Assembly (NCBI GenBank): GCA_951406725.2
Contig: OX597822.1
Coordinates: 24,056,001-24,120,000, forward strand
DNA from: Octopus vulgaris
Lineage: Eukaryota
Length of the DNA stretch: 64,000 nucleotides
Direction of reading: 5' to 3'
Shown: piece by piece, positions 52,163 to 64,000 of the stretch
Layout: each line of letters opens with the position of its first letter
Position numbering within the stretch: the stretch's first letter is position 1
Program-made: the position numbers and the translations under genes
The notes under the pieces: model-generated
What the model was told of the DNA's origin: nothing
Seen by the model: the letters and a program-made list of their open reading frames with translations, nothing else
The model's database searches: none

Positions 52163-54048
52163 TATATATAAAGATTGTATGTACATCAGTTCTAATCTAT
52201 TTAGTTGACAATTTAATATAGCATTCAATATGATTCATCTCTTTAAAAATTAAAAGTGTAACATAGCAAGAGCAACCCAAATTAAGAATACACTACAGCA
52301 CAGTCCTGAAAAGTGGCACAATCCACTATCTATAGTACCATCTGGCAACCCTGTTCTGAGTACAAATTGCACCTAGGTGCCAATGAGCAAGGTGTATCAC
52401 CCAACCACAAGAGCACTCTCTCCAACTAATAATTACAATTGACCAAGCATAGACAAGTTAGGCTACAACTAACATAGATAAGCTGACAGTAGTAACTCAA
52501 CTACAGATGAATGGAGCCTCCATGTGACTTCTTGAATAGCTAGAAATAACAGCCATATCTCTCTCAAATTGCACTCCATCATCTTGGAGATGAGACACAT
52601 TGCATGATGTAGTGCAGATTATTGAATACCTACAAAAGGCAATGGAATGGTCACAGGCCAGGTCATGGCTGGATGGCTTTTCATCGTAAGTGTGTGTGAT
52701 TGGTATTGACCAAGGGCTAAAAACACAATAACAATAATAGTTAAGCAAGCAATTCTGAGATTAAATGATCTGGGGAAAAGCTTTAATGTCACAACTTCCC
52801 GTTTTCCCATTTTTTTTTTGTTTTGTTTTTCGTTTTGTTACAAAACTTCTGTTTTACTCAAGAAGACGTAATTATAATGGAAAAGAACCCAAACACTGAA
52901 AAATGTATTAAAAAAACATGAGATAAATAAAACCAAAAATAAACGAAAAAAAGAAGACAGATTAAGCACTCTTATTGATGGACAACTACATGTGCAGACA
53001 AAAAATATGGGTACATCGCATTGTGGAAAAAAAAATCAATATATAGATTTAACAAACGAACCAAAAAGAATATAAAAATAAGCAAACATTTTCGCAAAAA
53101 TTGAAGAAATACATAAATAATACCAAAAACAAAAAAATCAGAATAAGATATATATAAAAAAAAAAAGAAGTGTAAAGAAGGAAATAAATCACAGAATGAA
53201 AGCAATTGATCAATTTAGTAAATATTGATTTGAAGTCCCAGAGTTCAATAACTTCAGAAGTAAAACCCCAACACAAATCAATGAACCTAATCTACCCTAA
53301 TTACTATACAGTCTACACTAATATACTAATACATATATATATACATACATATATATTTTATATATATATATATATATAGTCAGGACAGACTGCTGACAAG
53401 AAGTGGAACATAAAACAATTAACTGAGCATGGCTTAAGTTACATATATAAATGTGTGTGTGTGTGCATATTGTTTTCTATTACATTACACAGAACAAAAA
53501 TATTGAAGAAATAACAATAAAATGAATACATACATATATACATACACAACAACAGACTCATACATGCTTACATACATACAAACAAACAGATTCACATTTA
53601 TATCAATAATAATTTGTACACTTGGTTTTGTGGGGAAATACATAAATGACCATCTGGAAAAAGCTAAGGTTTTTCTGAAAAAAGAAAAAAAAAATCAACC
53701 GGCTAATTTGTACATTACAATTACAATCTGTAAGCGGAACAGTAAAAATACGCAAGACTTTTCTCAATTTTAAAATGTGACATTGTTTTTGCTAACTATA
53801 TTCCAATGATAGTGCTTTGTGTGTTTATTAGAAACCAGCTCCTTTACAGGAAGACTTCAAATGATTGAAACTAGAAGAGAACAAATAAACAAACGAACAA
53901 ACATATTGGGTTGTCCGGAAAGTTTGTGCCAATTTTTAAAGGAAAGAAAAACGTCAATAAATACTTGCCATTACATTTTTAATCAACCAAATATGAACCA
54001 TTTTATTGCACAATGTGTCTCCATCAGCAATGACCAACTTAAACAATG

Positions 54049-54554
54049 AGACCGTTCAGAAGAGTTGCAGGAGATTCTGAAGATGTCTGGAGGCCATGGT
54101 TGAAGCCAATGGCGATTTTATTGAATAAATTTACTCTTTAGTATTTCATGGTATTTTTATGTAATTTTGGCAAATATATCTGTTAAAATGAAATGTTGTT
54201 GTTTGTTCCTTCTTGATCCACGCCTGGCGCATAAGGGCCAGTTTCCCGGTTTCCTTGGCGTATAGGATGCTGGTCCATCACAGGTGAGCTGCAAGATGCA
54301 GGAGGAAAGAGTGAGAGAAAGTTGTGGCGAAAGAGTCAGCAGAAGTTTTGCCATTACCTTCTGCCGGAGCCGCATGGAGCTTAGGTGTTTCACTCATAAA
54401 CACACATCGCCCGGTCTGAGATTCGAACCCACGATCCCTCGACCGCGAGTCCACTGCTCTAACCACTAGGCCATGTGCCTCCACATTAAAATAAGATACC
54501 AGTGTTATTTTCCTTTTTGCATAATTTAGATGACGATTTATTCACCACGCCCTG
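54049..54554 (+). mobile_element. 3' part of a maT-type (Tc1/mariner) element, interrupted by a SINE
   Basis: Collinear with 59630-59834 and ends CCCTG|TA. Preceded by a mariner-like left end TATTGGGTTGTCCGGAAAG at about 53904. Confidence 0.8.
54196..54484 (-). mobile_element. tRNA-derived SINE family C, (CAA)n-ending tail
   Basis: Minus strand TGGCCTAGTGG A box and GGTTCGAATC B box. Imperfect TSD TTAAAAT(G/A)A(A/G)AT. Confidence 0.85.
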
Positions 54555-54828
54555 TATATATATATATATATATTACATATATATGTACTTTTCTGGACTA
54601 ATTGGTATATGTCAATTAGTGTGTTGAGTAAAGCACTTTCACAGTTTGAGCTATCTGGTGTCATCCACGGTTGAGGTACATATCTGCTGGATCTATGTCA
54701 GGAATTCCACTGTGTTAGTTGAGGTAATAATAATTGATGAAGGAGACGGAAGATAGATTTAGCACCAGTCTTTATAAAGACTAATGTTAAATCTATGTTC
54801 CGTCTCCTTCATCAATTATTATTATTAT

Positions 54829-54868
<40 letters not shown>

Positions 54869-54887
54869 TGAGTTTGTGTGAATGCAC

Positions 54888-55204
54888 AAAGATTCTAGAT
54901 AGAAAGATCCAAAAGATGGCACATTCAACTGATCATAAGTGAATTAATTCACTTGCCAAACCTCTGGTCTACATATGATGCTCTGTCTCTTACTCTCTCT
55001 CCCTCTCTGATTTTCTTTTCTCTCATTCTCACTCTCTTTCATTCCCTCTATCTCTTTTTCTCTCACTCTCACTCTTTCCCGATTTATCCATCTCCCTATC
55101 TATCCATCCATCTCTCTCTCTCTCTACCATTACTACAAAAATTGCCTCTAATCATGATCAGTTAAATGCTCTCCATCTTTTGGATCTTTCTATCTAGAAT
55201 CTTT
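54888..55204. repeat. inverted repeat pair (about 49 bp, 32 bp perfect) around a CT-rich spacer, MITE-like
   Basis: AAAGATTCTAGATAGAAAGATCCAAAAGATGG at 54888-54919 and its exact reverse complement ending at 55204. Confidence 0.8.
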
Positions 55205-55239
55205 ATGTATACACACAGACAGATGCACAGACACACATG

Positions 55240-55291
<52 letters not shown>

Positions 55292-56289
55292 CATACATTG
55301 CTTCTCTTCCTCTAAGCTAGATTGTGCTAAGCTACCTTGTACCACCACCGTCATCATCTAGATCTAGCTGACACACCTGTTGCTACTCTTTTCATCAAAC
55401 CCTACCTGCTATGTTTCATTCCAAACAATTTAACCAATCTTGCCTCTGACCAAGAAATCAACTCCCGTTCCCTTCCTCCCTCTCCATTGACATTTTCTCT
55501 CCCTGGTGTCTCCACAAACATATTCTTTCCCCCCCACCCCCACCCCCACCTGCAGCAAACATCAACATTCAAACATAACACACACTACATCCGTCACATC
55601 CCCAATATCAGAGACCCTGCAGAAGGGAATGAATGCTGCTCATTCTTATTCACTAAACAACAGAAACAACAAAATAAAGAAATAACGTTATATTCCTTAA
55701 TTCTCTTAAGGAATAGGAATACAGAATGAATGCTACAACAGATGATTCCTCTACACCTGCCTATTCCATCTCCTCCACCTCCTTACCTTTCATTCTACCA
55801 CAAGAACAGCCGCCACTGCCACCACCACTACCACCACCACCACCTATTCCTAATTAATTTAATGACCTTCTTCTTCACTGAAGAAATCAATATCTATTGA
55901 GGTCACAAGAACAGAAGAATCAGAACATATACAAGAATCTAAGTGTCAATCAAATATCAACAAAACAACAACAACAATAATAATGATGATGATAATAAAA
56001 AAAAAACGATATAAAATAACGGCAGTGCCAAAGACAGCTTTCTTTCACAGTCGGTATTTGTGTTCTTCAGTTGGTTTTGTGAACAGAAGCCATTATTTTA
56101 ATCTGTCACATTCTTGAACTAGTTGTTTGTAACAAGCTAAGATCGTTAATAGTTAATATTTTGTAGTCGTTGATTAACATTAGTGTTCATATATATATAT
56201 ATGATATACGATATATATGTGTTGAGGTGTGTGTGTGAATACATACATATGTAATATACATATATTTTTTTTGTGTGTGTGTGTATATA

Positions 56290-56420
56290 GGCACAGTGTG
56301 GCTGTGTGATAAGAAGCTTGCTTCCCAACCACATGGTTCCAGGTTCAGTTCCACTGCGGGGCACCTTGGGTAAATGTCTTGTGAATGGATATGGTAGACG
56401 AAAGCTGAAAGAAGCCCGTC

Positions 56421-56456
<36 letters not shown>

Positions 56457-56660
56457 GTGCTTGTTTCCCCACCCCACCTCCATCACTTGACAACTGATGT
56501 TGGTGTGTTTATGTCCCTCTAACTTAGCAGTTCAGCAAAAGAGACTGATAGTATAAGTACTAGGCTTACAAAGAATAAGTCCTGGAGTTGATTTGTTCAA
56601 CTAAAGGTGGTGCTCCAGCATGGCCACAGTCAAATGACTGAAACAAGTAAATGACTAAAT
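56290..56660 (+). mobile_element. SINE family B
   Basis: Family B head to tail. Confidence 0.85.
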
Positions 56661-57134
56661 GACATATATATGGATGGATGGGTGTGTGGTTAAGAAGCTT
56701 GTTTTGCAATCTCATGACTTTTGGTTCAATCCATGTGCAAGATAGTTGGAATGTCTTCTATGTCTTCAGGCCAATTAATGCCATGTGAGTGAATTTGGTA
56801 GAATCTGTGTAGAAGCCCATCTTGTATATACAAATATATCTACATACATACATATATCTGTATATCTATCTATCTGTGTGTGTATGTGTGAGTGAGTAAT
56901 TTAATTTGATTATAAGGATTCCTTAAGAATCCAGGCACATCAACATGTAAGATGCCAGAAAATGGCTAGGTACAAACACATGGATCTCACAGAGGAATAA
57001 AACAACATTGTCTTCAACTGCTGGCACGATACTGTAGATATGCAAGTACCAAATCCAGTCTGTAACCATTGATCTACCCACCAGTGGATCCTTAGTGTGG
57101 CATAGACATAAAATAGTAAATGCAAATGGTGCTT

Positions 57135-57226
57135 AAAATTTACGACAGCTGTTTCAGAAGTTTATTCAATGCAGTCATAAAAGATTACATCCTAATATAC
57201 AATCCACCATCATCAGGTAAAATTTT
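57135..57226 (-). ncRNA. type I minimal hammerhead ribozyme motif (Penelope-type), weak stem II
   Basis: Minus strand reads TTTAC-CTGATGA-(54 nt)-GAAA-C-AGCT-G-TC^GTAAA. The 5-bp stem I is perfect. Confidence 0.55.
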
Positions 57227-57374
57227 GAACAAGTAATATTTTAAACAATCAACCTAGACATGGCTAACATTTGTTGTCCTTATTTTGTTTTTGGACTCTA
57301 CATTTGAATATATAGAAGAATTAAAAGGTGTGGTCTAAAACAGTCAATTAACAAATAAAAATTTAAAAAATCGT

Positions 57375-57785
57375 AGGTGTAGGATCGGCTGTGTGGTAAG
57401 TGGCTTGCTTACCAATCACATGGTTCCGGGTTCAGTCCCACTGCGTGGCACCTTGGGTAAGTGTCTTCTACTATAGCCTCGGGCCGACCAAAGCCTTGTG
57501 AATGGATTTGGTAGATGGAAACTAAAAGAAGCCCATCATATATATGTATGTGTGCGCGTATGTTTGTGTGTCTGTGTTTGTCACACCCCTCCCCAACATC
57601 ACTTGACTACTGATGCTGGTGTGTTTACGCCCCCGTAACTTAGCAGTTTGGCAAAAGGGACCAATAGAATAAGTACTAGGCTTACAAAGAATAAGCCCTG
57701 GGGTTGATTTGCTCGACTAAAGGCGGTGCTCCAGCATGGCCGCAGTCATATGACTGAAACAAGTAAAAGAATAAAAAGAATAAAG
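57375..57785 (+). mobile_element. SINE family B, full length
   Basis: Family B head to tail. Confidence 0.9.
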
Positions 57786-58537
57786 ACTATTGCTACACCT
57801 ACAACAAACAGCCATTGTAACACTTCACATCAACACTGATATGACAGAACAGCACAAAAGAGGAGATAGAAAAACTGCATTTGCTGATAACGCAACTGAC
57901 TATCTTATAGAAAATAATCATAAACCAAATTTTTTAAAATTCAGTCACTGAAATGAAAACCATATTGATAAGAAGGATAAGACAAAAATCAACACAGAAG
58001 ACACATCGTATGCTAGCAACAAACTAATAGAAGACTCCACAGCACCAACTATTTTGTTTATTGCTAAAGAAACATGACATTAATATGGCCAACTATGACT
58101 TTATATAAAGTCTAGCAATAATAAATGAGAAGTAAGCAGCAACACATCGTTGCTATGATTCAAGTCTATAAAATGGTAATAAGAACTGCTAGTAAAATTA
58201 TTTCATGAAGCAGATAAGATAAGAGGAAGTCATGAAACTATGATGAGCTTTGAAAATTTTGCTATTGTCTCAAACAAAACATAAATGACTAACGTTATGG
58301 AAATATGAAAAATAATCCTTAATACATGATTTAACATACCAGCATTGGTGTGCTTCCAAACCTATGCAACTGCATGTGTGTGTATGTGTGTGTGCATATG
58401 TAGATACATACATAGATACATACATGATGGCTGCTCCCTCATTATCAAGTATGGCCATTGCACGAAGCTTAACTGTTACTGGTGCTGTGATCGAATGTGA
58501 CTTTTTAGCCCAGCTAAAGATCTACAATGTCTTGTAC

Positions 58538-58832
58538 AGAATTGAAGTGGTCATCTGGTCAGGATGAAGGATTCAAGGATGCCAAAACAACTTTTTTAGA
58601 ATTGGAGTGGTCATCTGGTCAGGATGAAGGATTCAAGGATGCCAAAACAACTTTTTTATGGAGAGATAACTAAAGGAGAACAACCTCCACATAAACCACA
58701 AAAGGGGTATAAGGACTTGCTAAAGGCTTCCTTAAGAGATGCTTGCATCTCTCCTGACACCTGGGAAGGCATAGCTATTGATCGTAGCAGGTGGAGAAGG
58801 ATTGTGCAGGAGGGGACAGCCACCTTTGAACA
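58538..58832 (+). mobile_element. RTE (Bov-B-like) LINE 3' fragment with 60-bp tandem duplication
   Basis: WSGHLVRMKDSRMPKQLFYGE...P.K.YKD.LK.SL....I....WE.IA.DRSRWR..V..G...FE. The duplicated unit is 58538-58597 / 58598-58657. Confidence 0.85.
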
Positions 58833-58863
58833 TACATACGTACGTACATACATACATACATAT

Positions 58864-58894
<31 letters not shown>

Positions 58895-58908
58895 CATATA
58901 TACATACA

Positions 58909-58944
<36 letters not shown>

Positions 58945-58946
58945 TA

Positions 58947-59834
58947 CAGGGTGTGATGGGTATATTATTGCCATTTTATATTTTTTATTTTGTGCATGCA
59001 CAGCATTGTTTGCTTTTGATTTTGTTGACTACACAGTATAGTAAGGTCAGTTGGGCATCGTATGTGAGAAAAATAGCACCATAATGTAATTCACTCTGAC
59101 AGAAATTTGGAAATGACATGCTGTACGGCCGGATGCTCCAATACAAACATTTCAGAGTGTTTCGGTGTCAATCTGAGGACAGTGCAATCTCAAGACATCT
59201 ACCGAGAGTGACGAAAATCAAACATCCAGTCAACATCATGGTGTTTGGAATGATCACTCGTGATGGTGACATTATGCCTCCACTCATCTTCCCACAAGGC
59301 CTCACACTCAACATGGAGGCCTACATCAAGTGCCAGCAGGAGGTTGTGCTGCCCTAGGTCAAGTCGGTGGCTGTTTGAAGACCCTATATCTATGCCACAC
59401 AAGCAAGAGAACCCAGTCATGCCACACAAGCAAGAGAACCCAGTCATGGCTGTCAGACAATTTCTGTGACCACATCGCCCCTAACATCTGGCCACCTAAC
59501 TCCCCAGACTGAAAACCCCCTTCGCTATAATGTGTGGGGCACAGTTGAGTGAGAGACCAACAAAACTCCTTGTAACATCAAAGATGAACTGAAGGCAACG
59601 ATTATGGCAGCATTTACCAACTTAAACAAAGAGACCATCCAGAAGAGTTGCAGGAGATTCTGAAGTCATCTGGAGGTTGTAGTTGAAACCAATGACGATT
59701 TTATTGAATAAATTTACCCTTTAGTATTTAAAGATATTTTTATGTAATTTTGGTAAATATACCTGTTAAAATGAGATGTCAATGTTATTTTCATTTTTGC
59801 ATAAATTAGACAACAATTTATTCACTGCATCCTG
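58947..59834 (+). mobile_element. decayed maT-type (DD37D-like) Tc1/mariner transposon
   Basis: TA|CAGGGTG...CATCCTG|TA termini. Peptide KHPVNIMVFG.IT.DG.IMPPLIFP.GL.LN...Y...V.LP ... PCHTSKRTQ.WL...WPPNSPD, with a 27-bp internal tandem duplication at about 59392-59445. Confidence 0.85.
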
Positions 59835-60909
59835 TATAAATATATATATATATCATCATCATCGTTTAACGTCCGTTTTCTATGCTAGCATGGGTTGGAC
59901 GGTTCGACCGGGATCTGGGAAGCCAGGAGGCTGGCAATGTTTCTACAGCTGGATGCCCTTCTTAACGCCAACCACTCCGTGAGTGTAGTGGGTGCTTTTT
60001 ACGTGCCACCAGCACAGAAATATGAGATTGTTTCAAATGACATCAGGATTAGTCCTATAAAAAGAAAACAACACAAATCAATTATTGATTAGGCTTCTCA
60101 AAACCAGAAAGGAGAAAGCTAATTCGAAGACTACAGATCTAATCATTCACTGGAACTGTAACAATCTGTAAAACCTTCCAGAAGTTTATCATTTAAATAT
60201 GTATGAGCATGTCTAGATATGTAGCTATATGCATGAGAATACATACATAAAACTTACAAATCTGCACATACATACATACACACACACACATACATACAAA
60301 CAAAAATATCCTGTTGTTGATGCTGAAATGCCAATGAAGGAACTTTGGATGTAGGTTAGAAACCGGTTCTTTCTCTATTGGCAAGAAATCTTGAAATAAA
60401 CTGAATAATGACACACACACACACACACATATACATACATCATAATATATAAAAGTGAATGTATATATGTATATCACAATATATGTAGATTCCAAGACAC
60501 CTAATGTTTTGCACCTGTGTCACTGAAATTTTGCAATTAAGGTGAGCAACCATTATTTTCAAGGAGAATATCACAGAATATGCAACTTTTTATATTTTCA
60601 GGAATAAAGGAATTGCTTGAATGCAACAATTCTGAGAGAATCAACATTCTCAGACCAACTGAAGATTATCAGCATCGTTTTAAAAGCAATTTATCCAAAA
60701 TGTAAAAAATTCATGTTTAATTGTATTATTTGAGGTATTAATAAACTTGTGCAAGGCCAAGTACAGCAGCTACAGCTTGTGTGTGTGTGTGTGTGTGTGT
60801 TTGTATTTTGTGTGTGCTTATGTATGTGTATGTATGTGAATGTACATATATATGTATATACATATATATATAGATAAAACACATGCAGATGCAAATATGA
60901 ATTTATGTG

Positions 60910-60943
<34 letters not shown>

Positions 60944-61900
60944 TTTATATATATATATATATATATATACATCTATATATGTGTGTGTACACTCACACAC
61001 ACACATATATGATGTTGTTAGTGGCATTAACAAATAACACATTCACCTGCTAACCAAAGAATGCATGGCTTGTTTGCCATCTGCATCAAGTTTGTTAGTT
61101 TTCATCTCAAATTGCACACATTTACAAATGCATACACTGTTCACACACAGACACACACACAAATACACATTTGAAGCAGTGAAGTGTTTGACAGTATGCA
61201 AAGCAACTTATGCAGTCGGAATCAGTGATTTCACGGTACACCCATGTGAATTCAACAGAGAGAAAGATGATCTTTAAATAAAACTGTACAAAGAAAATAT
61301 GGCATATTTTCAAACTGTTACCCCCATGAAGCATCTTGATATTTTGGTCGTGACCACTTACCTCATCAGCCCCTGTTGGACTTCAACTAAAAGATAGCTT
61401 CCTTGTTTTTCATATAAGTTATAGAAGAGTCTTGCATTACGTGTGGTTGGTGTTTGTGGGTAGACGTTTGCTTACCAACCACATGGTTCTGGGTTCACTT
61501 GCTCAAGGTGCCACTGCATTGAAGCTTGGACAAATGTCTTATACTATAGCCCCAGGCCAACAAAACACTTGAGAGTGGATTTAGTAAATGGAAATTGAAA
61601 GAAGCCCATCATATAAATATATATGCGCATGCACGTTGCCAGAGCAACAAGCTGGCCTCCGTGCCGGTGGCACGTAAAAGATACCATTCGAGCGTGATCG
61701 TTACCTGCGTTGCCTTACGGCATTTGTGCTGGTGGCATGTGAAAAAACATTCGAGCGAGGTCGTTGCCAGGGCCGCTGGACTGGCTCCTGTGCAGGTAGC
61801 ACATAAAAGGCACCGTTTGAACATGGCCGTTGCCAATACTGCCTGACTGGCCCTCGTGCTGGTGGCACGTAAAAGCACCCACTACATTCTCATGTATGTA

Positions 61901-62280
61901 CACTTGCGTCAGAAATTAATTAGCACTTCTCAAATTTCTACATTAAATAGGTTAAATCAATTAACCTATGAGCTGTTCAAAACGTCTTACGCGATGAGAA
62001 AACTTAGTATGGTGTGATTTCGGTCCTTGCGAGGCGCTACCTATATCTATTAAACAAAGGAAGATTTGTCTGCATCCGCACTCCAAGTTGTTGTTGCACT
62101 GCTATGTCAACATCATAAGCCTGTAGACTCTCAAACTGCTCTGCAAACAAAGTTACGTCATCGTTCTGCGCAACAGTGAACTCGCAACAAAGCAATAGTT
62201 CGAGATATGGCCACTAGGTGACAGCACATACCTTGAGTGAAGAGCAAATCAAGGGTGCTAATTAATTTCTGATGGTAGTG
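61901..62280. mobile_element. non-autonomous Tc1-like element
   Basis: TA|CACTTGCGTCAGAAATTAATTAGCAC ... GTGCTAATTAATTTCTGATGGTAGTG inverted termini. Confidence 0.75.
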
Positions 62281-62531
62281 TGTATATATATATATTCTTT
62301 TATTCTTTTACTTGTTTCAGTTATTTTGACTGTGGTCATGCATATATATAGTTGAAATTTGCAGAAAAAACAAAAGATGAAGACAGGTGTATAAACAAGC
62401 AGATGTATTAGTCTGACCCTCCAGAAAGTGAGAAAGTCTTTTACGTTTCAAGCCAATGCTCTTCAACCGAAAGGAACGCAAGGAAATAAACACAGAGACA
62501 AAAAAACCTTGTAGATTTAGCGATCAATCAA

Positions 62532-62573
<42 letters not shown>

Positions 62574-62575
<2 letters not shown>

Positions 62576-62866
62576 AGGCACAATGGCCCAGTGGTTAGGG
62601 CAGCGGACTCGCGGTCGTAGGATCACGGTTTTGATTTCCAGACCAGGCGTTGTGAGTGTTTATTGAGCTAAAACACCCTAAAGCTCCATGAGGCTCCGGC
62701 AGGAGGTGATGATCGCTGCTGTACTCTTTCACCACTCTTTCTCCCACTCTTTTGTTGGCCTGCTCGCTTAGCCAGTGGGGTGGCGTCATTCGAAGGCTAA
62801 AACAATGCGAATGCATTGTGACCAGCGATGTGTAACTACATCTGATGGACTGGTCAGTCACGTGAT
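62574..62866 (+). mobile_element. tRNA-derived SINE family C, alternative tail, inserted in (TA)n
   Basis: TGGCCCAGTGG A box and GGTTTTGATTTC B-box-like motif. The head is homologous to 54340-54484. Confidence 0.85.
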
Positions 62867-62880
62867 ATATATATATATAT

Positions 62881-63115
62881 AAAGAGTCTGAGGAAGTTGT
62901 ACAAAATAGATGTAGGGGTTTTTAAATCAAAGCTGGACCTCTTCCTGTCGAGAGTCCCAGATGAGCCTACCTCATGGCAAGAGGTGCAAATGAGGGTAGC
63001 TATATCAAACTCAGTTCTTCATCAAGTGCCACATATTAGAGGAGGCTCCTAGTAATAACAGTGTAGCACAAAACGGCGGTGCATCAGCATGACCGCAGCT
63101 CTAAGCTGAAACTTT
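62881..63115 (+). mobile_element. CR1-group LINE extreme 3' end
   Basis: LRKL...DV.VFKSKLDLFLSRVPDEP......R.A.SNS..HQ*, then 3' UTR GGCGGTGCATCAGCATGACCGCAGCTCTAAGCTGAAAC. Confidence 0.75.
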
Positions 63116-63625
63116 AAAAAATATATATATATATATAATCATCATCTTTTAATATCTATCTTCCATGCTGGCATGGGTTGGACAGCCAACACACACACAC
63201 ACACATAATCATACATATATGTCCAATCCATACCAGCATGAAAAAAATAGATATAGAATGAACAAGCAAATGCTTGCAACCATGAATGCATACACGTGTT
63301 ATGTGTATTCAAAGCATAAATGCATTCAATTTTCACGATACACATTTTCAAGGTTTCTTTTCATATATTCACACAAGCTCCTTTGCAGTATGTTTGGCAC
63401 CAATCAACTTCTTAGACACCTCATCAAGGTTTCTAAACTTTCTCGATTTCTTCTTCAGGAGATGAAAAATCGCTAGCATGTGCAGCTTTCTCTTTTACAA
63501 ACGGCCAATATGATTTGTACAGACTATCTCCTGAATGTGTTTATATAATTTCATTGCTGGAATTTGAAATTTGATCATTAGATTTATACAGCATTAGTCA
63601 GGCACACACATACACACACACACAC

Positions 63626-63658
<33 letters not shown>

Positions 63659-63814
63659 TATATAGATAGATAGATGTTTTGTTTATGACATGTATATGCT
63701 GTCTGTGTGTTTATTTTTAGCATAGAGCTGTATTACAAGTAATAAGTACATCGTGAATCGTCTGCTTTTGCCAGGAATTGTTCATACTGGTAGAATAATG
63801 GGAAGTTTACAAAT

Positions 63815-64000
63815 ACTCTTACTCTTTACTCTTTTACTTGCTTCAGTCATTTGACTGCGGCCAGGCTGGAGCACTGCTTTTAGTCAAGCAAATCTACCCC
63901 AGGACTTATTCTTTGGAAGCCTAATACTTATTCTATCGGTTCTCTTTTGCCGAACAGCTAAGTGACAGGAATATAAACATACCAACATTGGTTGTCAAGC
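63815..64000 (-). mobile_element. SINE family B 3' part (runs off window)
   Basis: Reverse complement of the family B tail. Confidence 0.85.

Noticed and set aside
61362-61386. Minus-strand 25-nt exon (tttag|...GAG|gtaagt)
   Set aside because: It is frame-shifting with no VAC14 similarity, and it overlaps a decayed hammerhead-like motif that explains the sequence better.
62574-62650. tRNA gene (also heads at 21320-21391, 51250-51310, 54410-54484, 12768-12835)
   Set aside because: A/B boxes are present but acceptor and T stems do not close, and the sequence continues into SINE bodies.

Overview
AT-rich, microsatellite- and transposon-dense eukaryotic DNA. The SINE families suggest an octopus (coleoid cephalopod) genome, which is an inference. 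The only host protein-coding sequence I can support is two spliced minus-strand exons of VAC14 (47597-47676 and 43904-44060, GT-AG, compatible phases). The exon upstream of them appears to lie beyond 64000, and I could not locate the conserved last exon. Almost all ORFs in the supplied track are microsatellite artefacts. The rest is tRNA-derived SINEs (several families, many copies, some with clear target-site duplications, TSDs), LINE fragments (CR1-group, RTE/RTE-X, R4/Dong-like, HERO-like), Tc1/mariner, maT, hAT and piggyBac-type relics, a non-autonomous Helitron and a 26-bp minisatellite. The most interesting signal is a dispersed set of Penelope-type minimal hammerhead-ribozyme motifs (three with an intact core). 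One belongs to a TSD-flanked, head-to-head palindromic element that joins a tRNA-derived head to a hammerhead-bearing tail (21107-21623), a candidate Penelope-mobilised SINE/retrozyme. There are also two candidate VAC14 microexons. Family assignments were made by eye, without database searches.
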